64,000 nt of DNA. It comes from Opitutia bacterium. GTDB lineage: Bacteria > Verrucomicrobiota > Verrucomicrobiia > Opitutales > Opitutaceae. Both the position numbers and the translations under genes were made by a program. The notes under the pieces were generated by a model. The model was not told the origin of the DNA. It saw only the letters and a program-made list of their open reading frames with translations, and searched no databases. The stretch is from positions 832,568 to 896,567 of the forward strand of contig CANJVR010000002.1 of NCBI GenBank assembly GCA_947478395.1, written 5' to 3'. This document shows positions 40,057 to 49,090 of this stretch, one piece after another (position 1 is the first letter of the stretch; every line of letters begins with the position of its first letter).

Positions 40057-41178
40057 ATGGCCGCTCCCAAAATTCTGGTCGTCGATGACCAGCCGATCAA
40101 CGTTCAGCTCCTCAAGAGCAAACTTGAACGTGAGGGCCTGGAGGTCATCGCCGCCTCGACCGGGATTGAAGCGATAAACTTGGTGAACGAGGAATGGCCC
40201 GACCTCATCCTCCTCGAGATGATCATGCCCGACATGGACGGCATCGAACTCTGCCAGCGGCTGCAGTCTCGCGAGGAAACCCGTTCCATCCCGGTTATTT
40301 TTATCACGGCCCGTCCAACGAAAGAGATCAAGCTCGAGGGACTTCGCGTGGGCGCGGTCGACTACATCACCAAGCCGATCGACCTCGATGAGGCGCTCGC
40401 TCGCGTCCAGACGCAGCTCCGTTTCGTCGCCCTCAACCGCCAGATACTCGACCTCCAGCGTCGGCTCGAGGAGTCGCGTCGCGCCGCCACCATTGGTGCG
40501 ATCACGCAGAGCATCACCCACAATTTCAACAATCTCCTCGGCGTTGTCATCGGCTACCTCGATTTGATCAAGGTGTTTCACGACAAGCCCGATAACGTGA
40601 AAAGCAACGCCGTGCACGTCGAAGATGCCGTGCAGCGCATCGTCGGCATCATCCAACAGCTCAGCTCGCTGGGAGTAAAAATCCGACCACCGCTCATCAC
40701 GACCCGCCTCGACCGGCTGATCGAAGGCGCCGTCAGCCGCTTCCACAACGACTATAAGCTCACGGCGCTGGTCACCGTTACAAATCCGTCAGGCCGTTTG
40801 GGAATCGACGCCAACACCGAGGTCTTTGACGAAATTGTATCGAGAGTTTTGATCAACGCGTGGGAATCCTATGACCAACAGCCAGTCGACCAACGGCCCA
40901 TTTATTTGACCACGCAGATCGTTGAAAAACCGGGTGAACCAAAATTCATCGAGATCCGCATTGAAGATCGCGGCCGCGGCATCGATCCGGGAATTCGTGA
41001 TCGCATGTTCGAGCCGTTCATCAGTTCAAAGCAAACCGGCGGCGTCGGCGTGGGCCTCACCATCACGCGCCAAGCCCTGCGCACACTCGGCGGCGAGGTG
41101 ACAATGGAGGACCGCCCCGGCGGCGGGACCATTGCGATCCTGCTCCATCCCGTGTCGAAACGCGTCAAGCGCAGCTAA
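40057..41178 (+). CDS. Hybrid response regulator / histidine kinase (REC-HisKA-HATPase)
   Basis: ILVVDD, FITA, DYITKP; H-box THNFNNLL; N-box NAWES; DRGRGI; FEPF; GVGL. Confidence 0.9.
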   Translation: MAAPKILVVDDQPINVQLLKSKLEREGLEVIAASTGIEAINLVNEEWPDLILLEMIMPDMDGIELCQRLQSREETRSIPVIFITARPTKEIKLEGLRVGAVDYITKPIDLDEALARVQTQLRFVALNRQILDLQRRLEESRRAATIGAITQSITHNFNNLLGVVIGYLDLIKVFHDKPDNVKSNAVHVEDAVQRIVGIIQQLSSLGVKIRPPLITTRLDRLIEGAVSRFHNDYKLTALVTVTNPSGRLGIDANTEVFDEIVSRVLINAWESYDQQPVDQRPIYLTTQIVEKPGEPKFIEIRIEDRGRGIDPGIRDRMFEPFISSKQTGGVGVGLTITRQALRTLGGEVTMEDRPGGGTIAILLHPVSKRVKRS

Positions 41179-41206
41179 CAACCCACTAGAAATCCAGTTA
41201 TCCGTC

Positions 41207-42013
41207 ATGGCCAAAATCGCATTCCTAGGCGCCGGCAACATGGCTGCAGCGATGGTCGAGGGCCTGCTCGCCCAAGGCCTGATGAAGCCCATCGACATCG
41301 TCTGCCAAAGTGGCTCGGGTCGCACGGCAACGGCGTTGGCCGAAAAATTTGGCGTCAGCGCCGCGCCTTCGCTGGAACTGTTGCTCGAGTCCGCGGACAC
41401 GCTCGTCGTCGCGTTCAAGCCGCAACATTTGGCCACCGCAGATGCCCGGCTCGCCGCGCTCACACGAGGTAAGCTGGTCATCTCGGTCCTCGCCGGCAAA
41501 CGCCTCGCCCGTCTCACTCAAGCTTTCCCGTCGGCCCGCAACCTGGTGCGGGCGATGCCCAACACGCCCGGCCAAATCGGCGCGGGCATCACCGGCTGGT
41601 GTGCACTCGCACCGCTCGTGCCGGCCGATCGGATCACGGTCGATGCGATGCTCGGCGCCCTCGGACAGCACGTGGAGATTCCGGAAAGCCAGATGGACGC
41701 GCTCACGGCGGTCAGCGGCTGCGGACCGGCCTATTTTTTCGAGTTCGCCGCCGCCTTGCGCGACGCCGGAATCGCAGCCGGGCTCGCGCCGGAAGTTGCA
41801 CAACAACTCACGGTGGAAACGCTGCTCGGCGCCGGCCGGCTCCTGGCGCAGAAAAAAATCGAGCCCGAGACGCTGCGCGATCAAGTGACCTCCCCCAACG
41901 GCGTCACCTTCGCCGGTCTGCAACGCATGGAGGCGGGGAATTTCCGCGCCCTGATGCGTGACACCATCCTCACCGCGAAGGCGCGCTCGGAAGAGCTCTC
42001 GCAAGACCGCTAA
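41207..42013 (+). CDS. proC: Pyrroline-5-carboxylate reductase
   Basis: GAGNMA, KPQ, RAMPNTP, TAVSGCGPAY, VTSPNGVT. Confidence 0.95.
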   Translation: MAKIAFLGAGNMAAAMVEGLLAQGLMKPIDIVCQSGSGRTATALAEKFGVSAAPSLELLLESADTLVVAFKPQHLATADARLAALTRGKLVISVLAGKRLARLTQAFPSARNLVRAMPNTPGQIGAGITGWCALAPLVPADRITVDAMLGALGQHVEIPESQMDALTAVSGCGPAYFFEFAAALRDAGIAAGLAPEVAQQLTVETLLGAGRLLAQKKIEPETLRDQVTSPNGVTFAGLQRMEAGNFRALMRDTILTAKARSEELSQDR

Positions 42014-42020
42014 TCACGAC

Positions 42021-43019
42021 ATGAGTACACTCAACGGCCGCATTCTCGTCACCGGTGGCGCTGGCTTCATCGGCAGCGCCCTCATCTGGGCCCTCAATCG
42101 CCGCGGACTCTCGAACATCGTCGTCACCGATATTCTAGGCTCCGATGATAAATGGAAAAACCTGCCGCCGCTACAATTCGCCGACTATGTCGAGGCCGGC
42201 GAATTTCGCACGCGCATCGCCGCGAAGCCCGCGGCCTTCGGCGAATTCTCCGCGGTGTTTCATCTCGGCGCGTGCTCGGCCACGACGGAGAAAAACGCGA
42301 CCTACCTGATCGATAATAATTTTAACGTCACCCAGGAGCTGGCCGCCTGGGCCCTCGCGCAAAAAGCGCGCTTCATTTACGCGTCGTCGGCTGCGACCTA
42401 CGGCGACGGCGCGGAAGGCATGGACGATCGCAGCGAAAAAATCGAACGCCTTCGGCCGCTCAACATGTACGGTTACTCGAAGCACCTCTTCGATCTTTAT
42501 GCCCAGCGCGTCGGCTGGCTCGACCGCATCGTCGGCGTGAAATATTTCAATGTCTTCGGCCCGAACGAAGATCACAAAGCCGACATGCGTTCCCTTGTGA
42601 ACAAGGCGTACCAACAGATTCTCACGACCGGAAAGGTCGGCCTCTTCAAGAGCCTCCACCCCGACTACAAGGACGGCGAACAAAAGCGGGATTTTCTCTA
42701 CGTGAAGGACGCCGTCGAGATGACGATTCATTTCGCCGAGACCGCACCCACCGCGGGCGGCCTCTACAATCTCGGCTCGGGCGAAGCCAACACCTGGCTC
42801 ACGCTCACACGCGCAATCTTCGCGGCCTTAAGCCGTGAGCCAGCCATCGAGTTCATCGATCTACCGGAGACCTTGCGCGGCAAATATCAGTACTTCACGC
42901 AGGCCGACGTTTCGAAACTACGCTCAACCGGCTACACGCGGCCGATGACGCCGCTTTCAGAAGCCGTCCGCGATTACGTGCAAGGTTATCTGATGACCGG
43001 CCGGAAACTCGGCGATTGA
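42021..43019 (+). CDS. hldD: ADP-L-glycero-D-manno-heptose 6-epimerase
   Basis: GGAGFIGS, HLGACSATTE, YASSAATYG, PLNMYGYSK, YFNVFGPNE.HK..M, YQYFTQAD. Confidence 0.93.
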   Translation: MSTLNGRILVTGGAGFIGSALIWALNRRGLSNIVVTDILGSDDKWKNLPPLQFADYVEAGEFRTRIAAKPAAFGEFSAVFHLGACSATTEKNATYLIDNNFNVTQELAAWALAQKARFIYASSAATYGDGAEGMDDRSEKIERLRPLNMYGYSKHLFDLYAQRVGWLDRIVGVKYFNVFGPNEDHKADMRSLVNKAYQQILTTGKVGLFKSLHPDYKDGEQKRDFLYVKDAVEMTIHFAETAPTAGGLYNLGSGEANTWLTLTRAIFAALSREPAIEFIDLPETLRGKYQYFTQADVSKLRSTGYTRPMTPLSEAVRDYVQGYLMTGRKLGD

Positions 43020-43534
43020 AAAGCCCAAGCTCAGGCAGTGTTCACTTTTACATGACGGACGTCAGCGGGCCATAGCGCGCCGCGTCGGTGAAACTAAAAG
43101 CGAGATCGTGCGATCCCACCTTCCGCTACAGCGCGCGCGCAGATTGCCCATTCTGCTATCGGCAAAATTGAAGATGCTCGAAGGCGGCCTCGACCGGAGT
43201 CGGAGCGGGTTGCGCGGGCGGAACCGAGCGCGCGTTGACAAATCGGCTCGCGCCCGGGGCGTCCATTGACCCGGCGTGAGCGTTTATAATACCAATGGCC
43301 GTTATCTTTTAAGCCTCCCTATAAACCGTAAAAGCAACGACACTTGGTCTAAAGCGCGCCGCACGGAATGATCGTGCCTGAATCGAGGCGCGCGTTGGCG
43401 AAGCACCAAGGAAAAGCGGCGCCACGCGAAAACGAACGGCAGCTGGCAGCTACGTGGGCGCGATAGCTCAACCCGCGAATGCCCCCAGCCAGAAAATAAA
43501 TCCACCGCGCCGCCGAACCAATAACCCGGCCGCC

Positions 43535-44200
43535 TTACGGCAACTTCAGCAACTCTTCCGCCGTGGTCTCTTTCATCGCGGATTCCTTGCCGCGAATCTC
43601 TGCGACTTTCTCCGTGGCGATGGGACCACTCTTGTTGCCCCATTCTTGACGAATGTAAGTGAGCACGGCGGCGACTTTCTCATCGCTCCAGTTGAATTGA
43701 GATCCGGCGACCTGGCCGAAGGCCGGCATAACGGCCGCACTGTAATCTTTCCCCATCACGGTGATGTGACCTTTGAGCCCACGCAGCAAGATACGGATCA
43801 GACGCTCCTCAGATCCACTCACCCACTCTGATCCCGCGAGCGGCGGAAATTGTCCGGGGACACCAACGCCAGTGGGTTGGTGGCACGTGATACAAATGGA
43901 CGCGTACTGTTTCTTTCCCAGCAGGACAGGGTCCATCTTGATGACCTCGTCACCACCGACACGCGGATGCGCATTCTCATCGAATATCTTCGCGTCGAAT
44001 TGACCCGAGTAACGATTAAGGTAGGTGCCGGCCCAAAAAATAAGTCCGCTGAAAGCGAATAGCAGAGCCAGTGGCATCAGGCTGTAATGGGCCTTTTCGT
44101 CGGGCTGCTTGCCGAGTAACTTTTCGTGGCTGGCGAGCAAACTCGCGTCACTGGCCGCCGCTTGATCCAGACGTGGATCGCGATTGGAGGGAGCGCTCAT
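43535..44200 (-). CDS. Membrane-anchored monoheme cytochrome c
   Basis: One TM helix, CITCH, FPPLAGSEWV, MPAF axial Met. Confidence 0.9.
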   Translation of the reverse strand: MSAPSNRDPRLDQAAASDASLLASHEKLLGKQPDEKAHYSLMPLALLFAFSGLIFWAGTYLNRYSGQFDAKIFDENAHPRVGGDEVIKMDPVLLGKKQYASICITCHQPTGVGVPGQFPPLAGSEWVSGSEERLIRILLRGLKGHITVMGKDYSAAVMPAFGQVAGSQFNWSDEKVAAVLTYIRQEWGNKSGPIATEKVAEIRGKESAMKETTAEELLKLP

Positions 44201-44862
44201 TTGTGTTCGCCCTCCTTCTTGGCGGCGACGGCCGGAACCGGACGCGACTCGGGATAATCGTAGACGGTATTCAAACTGAGCAGGTAGGCGATCAGTGCCT
44301 GGGCGCGGGGCGTCGGGACGATCATGTGGTCGGCGGCCGGCGCCAACGCTCCGGAAAGTTTAAGCGCCTTGGACGATTTTTCGCCCACAACCAACTGATC
44401 GTCGAAAATGAATTTGTACTGCGGATGCGTCACGACCTTGGCTGGCGGCAAAACTCCGGAATAAAGCAGCTGCGACAAATCGGCGGCGTCCAACGGCGTG
44501 GGCTTGCGGCCGGCCAAATTCGTGAGATCGGGGCCAATCCGCGCGAATCCCAATTGTGGCGTTGATTGGAAAATAAAATCGCGCGCAACGCTTTGGCGCT
44601 CGCCCCAGCCGCGGCCCTGGTCGCTGCCGAAACCGGGACGGCGAACCTGCTGGGTGTGACATGCAGCACAACCGAGCTCGCGATAGACGATTTGCCCGCG
44701 GGCCGCGATGCCGGGCGTGCGGTCAGGAAAAGACTTACCCTCGTTATCGTCGAAATATGGCGCGAGCCCACCCAGCTGGGCATGCGAACCAAGCACGATG
44801 CCCCCAAAGGACAGCGTCAGTGCTGCGAAAAGACCGAGAAAGAAAAGAGGACCGTTTTTCAT
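44197..44862 (-). CDS. CcoO-like (cbb3 subunit II) monoheme cytochrome c
   Basis: N-terminal TM; G..VY...GCAACHTQQVR; RIGPDL. HPQY occupies the position of CcoO MPxY. Confidence 0.85.
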   Translation of the reverse strand: MKNGPLFFLGLFAALTLSFGGIVLGSHAQLGGLAPYFDDNEGKSFPDRTPGIAARGQIVYRELGCAACHTQQVRRPGFGSDQGRGWGERQSVARDFIFQSTPQLGFARIGPDLTNLAGRKPTPLDAADLSQLLYSGVLPPAKVVTHPQYKFIFDDQLVVGEKSSKALKLSGALAPAADHMIVPTPRAQALIAYLLSLNTVYDYPESRPVPAVAAKKEGEHK

Positions 44863-46265
44863 GACGCCATCGCCTCCATCTCGGCAGGCGTACTAAAGAT
44901 ACTCTCCGACGAGCCAGCGGATTTCGCTGCCACGGTCCGGAGAAAATTGATCGCGAGAAGCAGATTAGCAAAGAGCAAGATGCCCTGCGCAACGGTCGCA
45001 CCAAGCAACCACGGCCGCGTCGCCGCAGCGATCTGCACGAAAGTTATTTTTGGATCCAGCAAGGCGTGGCCCTGCACCCAACCGGCGCCGGCAAGCGTCG
45101 AAACGAGTAGAAGCACGCCCACAATCGCGAGCAGGCTATGACCGGCAACCAACCCACCCGACGCCCACGCTTTACCCGTCAGGCGGGGCAATGAAAAATA
45201 CAAGGTGCCGAAAATTATCATCGAAACCGCGCCGTACAAAGCGAGTTGCTGCTCAGCCTGATCAAAAAACGTGAACTGGGTGACTTGTGCGATCAGACGC
45301 ATCGCCGACACCGCGTTGATGAGACCGCCAAACACGTAGGCCAAAAGGCCAAATGAAATTAGGCGCAACGCCACTCCTCCGCCCCCAAATGCGCCGCGGA
45401 GATTCAACGCCACGACGAAGTAGTGGAACACCAACAATGAACAGGAAACGATCGCCATCGTGGAAATCCATGCGGGCACCGGACCACCGATCAGATGGCG
45501 GCCACCCGTCCAGGGCCCAATGACTGCCAGCGTCCAAAACCCGAGCGAAGCGAATTGATACGAAGGCAGCACGCGGCCGGTGACTTTCGGCACCACATAA
45601 TAGGCTCCCGCCAACGCCAGCGGAGCGAGCCAAAGGGTAAATGCACTTTGGGCGAACCAGCCGGCCGTGATAGCCTGGATCACGCCGCGGACCGGAACCC
45701 ACAGCAAAGTAACTTGGGCGACTGAGAAAATCCAAGGAAAGAGGAAGAGCGCGGCGAAGACGTACCACTGCGAGGCAAACGTCGTCTCAACACGGCGGTC
45801 GCTCCATGCCAACACACCGGCGATCGCGATCGCGCCGAATGCCACAAGCATCAGCGGTTGCACATAACGAGGCAACTGCAAGAGCGAGAAACCGGCGGCA
45901 TCACCCACCGCGATCCCGATCAAGCCGACGGTCAGAGCTAGATTCCAGAAAAGTGTACCGACCACGATCCAGTTGCCCGCCCGCAGTGACTCGCCACCGA
46001 GTCGGGCAAGCAGCCAAAGGCCGAGCGCGATGCCGGCATTAGCCAGCCAGCCGTAGACGAAAGCCGTTTCCTGCAGCGCCTGGACGTGACCGTAGGTAAG
46101 GGCAACGCAATCGGTCAGGAAGCTAGGGGTATGGACCTGCACGCTGGCGATAAGCGCAAGCACACCGCTGACGATCAGCCACGCGAGCGCGGATGCGATC
46201 AGAATGAGCAGCGGACAACGCGCGTGCGTGTCGATGGCAGTAACTTCAGGCGAAGCGGTGGTCAT
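44859..46265 (-). CDS. CcoN-like (cbb3 subunit I) membrane protein lacking most metal ligands
   Basis: Multi-TM protein with CcoN landmarks (TYG, SQWY, YYVVPK..G, GFW, HL..GPVPAW, YF.LPRL.G, WVQG) but with the His ligands substituted. Confidence 0.85.
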   Translation of the reverse strand: MTTASPEVTAIDTHARCPLLILIASALAWLIVSGVLALIASVQVHTPSFLTDCVALTYGHVQALQETAFVYGWLANAGIALGLWLLARLGGESLRAGNWIVVGTLFWNLALTVGLIGIAVGDAAGFSLLQLPRYVQPLMLVAFGAIAIAGVLAWSDRRVETTFASQWYVFAALFLFPWIFSVAQVTLLWVPVRGVIQAITAGWFAQSAFTLWLAPLALAGAYYVVPKVTGRVLPSYQFASLGFWTLAVIGPWTGGRHLIGGPVPAWISTMAIVSCSLLVFHYFVVALNLRGAFGGGGVALRLISFGLLAYVFGGLINAVSAMRLIAQVTQFTFFDQAEQQLALYGAVSMIIFGTLYFSLPRLTGKAWASGGLVAGHSLLAIVGVLLLVSTLAGAGWVQGHALLDPKITFVQIAAATRPWLLGATVAQGILLFANLLLAINFLRTVAAKSAGSSESIFSTPAEMEAMAS

Positions 46266-46299
46266 CTCGTTCTAGAAAATTAGTCGGCTCGCGGGCGGG

Positions 46300-46635
46300 T
46301 TATTTACGGGCGGCCGCATCACGGGCGACCAGTTCCATGGCGCGGGAAATGGGAAGCTGGACCACGCCGGCTTTCTGATCGACCCAACCGTAAGCCGAGC
46401 CTTGGGCCGTCTGCTTTTTACGCAGCTCGGTCAACGCTGCCTGCTTACTGGTGTGCGTCGCCTTCCAAGCTAGGTCTTCGGGCAGCTTTTCCGCGGGGAT
46501 GGTATTAGCGGCCGCTGATTGATTCGGCAGGTAGCCGTATTTCACCACGAGGAGAAATAGCGCGAAACAGCCCAAGATGGCGAACACCGTCACCAGCGAA
46601 ACCGAACGTGGAGCCTCAGACGTCGAATCACTCAT
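46300..46635 (-). CDS. ActG-like small membrane subunit of ACIII
   Basis: Single TM; C-terminal YGWVD..AGVV.LPI.RAM; position directly after actF. Confidence 0.75.
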   Translation of the reverse strand: MSDSTSEAPRSVSLVTVFAILGCFALFLLVVKYGYLPNQSAAANTIPAEKLPEDLAWKATHTSKQAALTELRKKQTAQGSAYGWVDQKAGVVQLPISRAMELVARDAAARK

Positions 46636-47905
46636 GGTAGGTCAGGCACTCGCCAATGCGAGGATCGCGAATTGGGAAAATCTTAGCGGTCGGAAAACTC
46701 TTTAAGTACGACCACACACACACGCCGCCAACGCCGACGACCGAGGTGAGAACCCAAAGCAGGTTGATGGAAAGGAAGGGTAATGGATCGTCGTGCGCAT
46801 CCTTCAAAGCCGGCAGAATGTTGTAACACAGATCGATAAGGATTGTGACCAACACGCAGATCGCGATGCGGCGGATGATGTGCGGCGTGACCTTGAAGCG
46901 GTACGAAAGCAAAAGCAGGAACGGGAGGACAAAGTGCCCGAACAGGATCACCATGCCGACGTACTTCCACTGACTTGGCGTGCCATCGGCATGGATTTCG
47001 CGGAGGTTGTACCAGAAGGTTTCCTCTGGGACGTTGGCGTTCCAAATCAGGAAATACTGCGAAAAGGTCACGTAAGCCCAGAACACCGTGAAGGCGAAGA
47101 CCAGCAGGCTGATGCTGTAAAAGTGATTCTTGTTCACCACGCCGCGGTAGTCGCCGCGGGCGATTAACCAGACCATGATGATCACGCCGGTCGAGAGCGC
47201 ACCGCGCACGCAGTTCGCGAAAAACCACACGCCGTACATCGTGGAGAACCAGTGATACTCCAGACTCTTGATCCAATAAATCGCGGCAAAGGTGAGCGAG
47301 AAGGCCAGCAAAGGAATGCCGAAGGCCGCCGTCTTGCGATTCATGAACGTCCACTTCGCATCACCATCGAGATCCTGCGCAAATGAGGCCTTACGTAGGC
47401 GGGCGCTGAGCCACATCCAAATGAGGAAAAACGCCGCTGACATGCCGAGGAACATGTTCAGGTTAAGGAAGCCCGCTTTTTTAGTGTAGAGAACGTCGTT
47501 CTCCACCGTATGGCCGCCGTGCATCACATGGGCCGGATTCATCCAGGGCCAGATCAGGTCGCGTTGATAAAACAGGGTGGCGAGGACGAGCGGAAGGAAA
47601 AGCAACGCGAGCCACTTGAAGGCCGAGATCCCGTGTTCGAACTGGCGCCGGATCAAGACCGACCATGAGGCATCAAAAATATGATGAATCAGAATCAGCA
47701 TCATCATCCCAATCGTGATCGCCGTGCAGAAAGTGAAACCTACGAGGTAGGAGTAGGCGACATTCTGGGCGCCTGAAACGAAAATACCGAGCGCGGTTAG
47801 CGCAAGTCCAGCCAAGCCAATGCCCAAGGCTTTGCCGGTGCCCGACGCAGTTGAGTCGGGTGTCGCGAGCGACGATACGGGGGCGGAAGCGGCGTGCGTA
47901 CTCAT
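46628..47905 (-). CDS. actF: ACIII subunit ActF
   Basis: Polytopic membrane protein; WFSTMYG, FW.Y..FSQYFLIW.AN.PEE; operon position. Confidence 0.88.
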   Translation of the reverse strand: MSTHAASAPVSSLATPDSTASGTGKALGIGLAGLALTALGIFVSGAQNVAYSYLVGFTFCTAITIGMMMLILIHHIFDASWSVLIRRQFEHGISAFKWLALLFLPLVLATLFYQRDLIWPWMNPAHVMHGGHTVENDVLYTKKAGFLNLNMFLGMSAAFFLIWMWLSARLRKASFAQDLDGDAKWTFMNRKTAAFGIPLLAFSLTFAAIYWIKSLEYHWFSTMYGVWFFANCVRGALSTGVIIMVWLIARGDYRGVVNKNHFYSISLLVFAFTVFWAYVTFSQYFLIWNANVPEETFWYNLREIHADGTPSQWKYVGMVILFGHFVLPFLLLLSYRFKVTPHIIRRIAICVLVTILIDLCYNILPALKDAHDDPLPFLSINLLWVLTSVVGVGGVCVWSYLKSFPTAKIFPIRDPRIGECLTYHE

Positions 47906-48540
47906 TTGAGGCCCAACTCCGCTTTATGATCGCCGGGGACGTCTGCCGCTACACCGGTCTGTGCGCGCTGCAGCGAACGCACGTAGGCGATAACAGCCCA
48001 ACGGTCGGCGGGCACGAGTTTGTCGGCGTAGGGAAGCATGGTGTTCTTGCCGTTGGTGATGGTGTTGAAGATTTCGCCTTCTGCGATCTGGCGCAGGCGG
48101 TCGTCGTGATACGTCGGCGTCGTGCCCATCCCATATTTTTTCGTGATGCCATTACCGTCCCCGACCGCTCCGTGACACGGCAGGCAGTAGATACTGTAGC
48201 GATCCTGGCCGCGTTCGATGAATTTCAAGTCGACTGTGATCGCGGACGGGAAACCGCGAATGAACGAGCCATCGGGATTCTTCCCGAGGTAAAGGCGATC
48301 GTCAGCGCGCAACGCCGCACTCGCCATGACGGTACCTGGAACGGGCATGCGATCGGCTCGGCCGTCGGCAAAAAAGCGGCTCGACCCCTGCGAGTACGGC
48401 TTCGGCTGGTGCTTCATGCCGGGAAAGGCCCATTCGGGAAACACATCGTTCGGTGGCGAAGTGAAGATCGTGCCACGCAGTCCCAAGATGGAGACCACGA
48501 GGACGCAGACAAAAGCGGTTAAAAGGTAGACGTGGCGCAT
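47902..48540 (-). CDS. actE: ACIII subunit ActE (monoheme cytochrome c)
   Basis: M..QPK, FF.DGR..R.PV.GT, CLPCHG, DRWAVIAYVRSLQ. Confidence 0.88.
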   Translation of the reverse strand: MRHVYLLTAFVCVLVVSILGLRGTIFTSPPNDVFPEWAFPGMKHQPKPYSQGSSRFFADGRADRMPVPGTVMASAALRADDRLYLGKNPDGSFIRGFPSAITVDLKFIERGQDRYSIYCLPCHGAVGDGNGITKKYGMGTTPTYHDDRLRQIAEGEIFNTITNGKNTMLPYADKLVPADRWAVIAYVRSLQRAQTGVAADVPGDHKAELGLK

Positions 48541-48543
48541 GGC

Positions 48544-49077
48544 TCAGGCTTCCAGCTCCTGGATATTTTTTCCGCCCGCTTTTTCGAGGAGGGCTTTGGT
48601 GTTGGCCAAATTAAAACGGGGATCACGTGCCTCGATCACGACGAAGAACTGGTCGTCCATGCCGCGGCGGATGTGCTCGTACTTTAGCACGGGATGATAG
48701 TGCATTGGCAAACCGTTCAGGAAAAGCATCCCACCAATCGTGGCAAAGGCCGTGAATAGAATCGTCAGTTCGTAGCTCACAGGGAACGCGAACATCGGGC
48801 TGAAAAAGGGTTTCCCGCCGACAATCAGCGGGTAGTCTACCGCACCCGTCCAGAAGATCATCGACATCCCCGTGCAAAATCCGGTGATACCGCCGCAGAG
48901 CGAAATCCGCGGGACGCGGGAACGTTTCAGACCCATCGCGCCATCGAGACCGTGCACCGGAAACGGCGTGATACAGTCCCAGTTGCTGTAGCCGGCGTCG
49001 CGCACGAGTTCCGCCGCGTGGTAAAGGCCGGGCGTCGTCTCAAAGGTGGCGATCAGGCCGTAAGAAGGGGAAGCCAT
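48544..49077 (-). CDS. actD: ACIII subunit ActD (DUF3341)
   Basis: TPFPVHGLD, YPLIVGGKP, PVSYELTILF. Confidence 0.9.
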   Translation of the reverse strand: MASPSYGLIATFETTPGLYHAAELVRDAGYSNWDCITPFPVHGLDGAMGLKRSRVPRISLCGGITGFCTGMSMIFWTGAVDYPLIVGGKPFFSPMFAFPVSYELTILFTAFATIGGMLFLNGLPMHYHPVLKYEHIRRGMDDQFFVVIEARDPRFNLANTKALLEKAGGKNIQELEA

Positions 49078-49090
49078 GGTCGGTTAAGTT

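Noticed and set aside
43266..43290. TTGACC...TATAAT promoter
   Set aside because: The spacer is only 13 nt and the following ORF is five codons.
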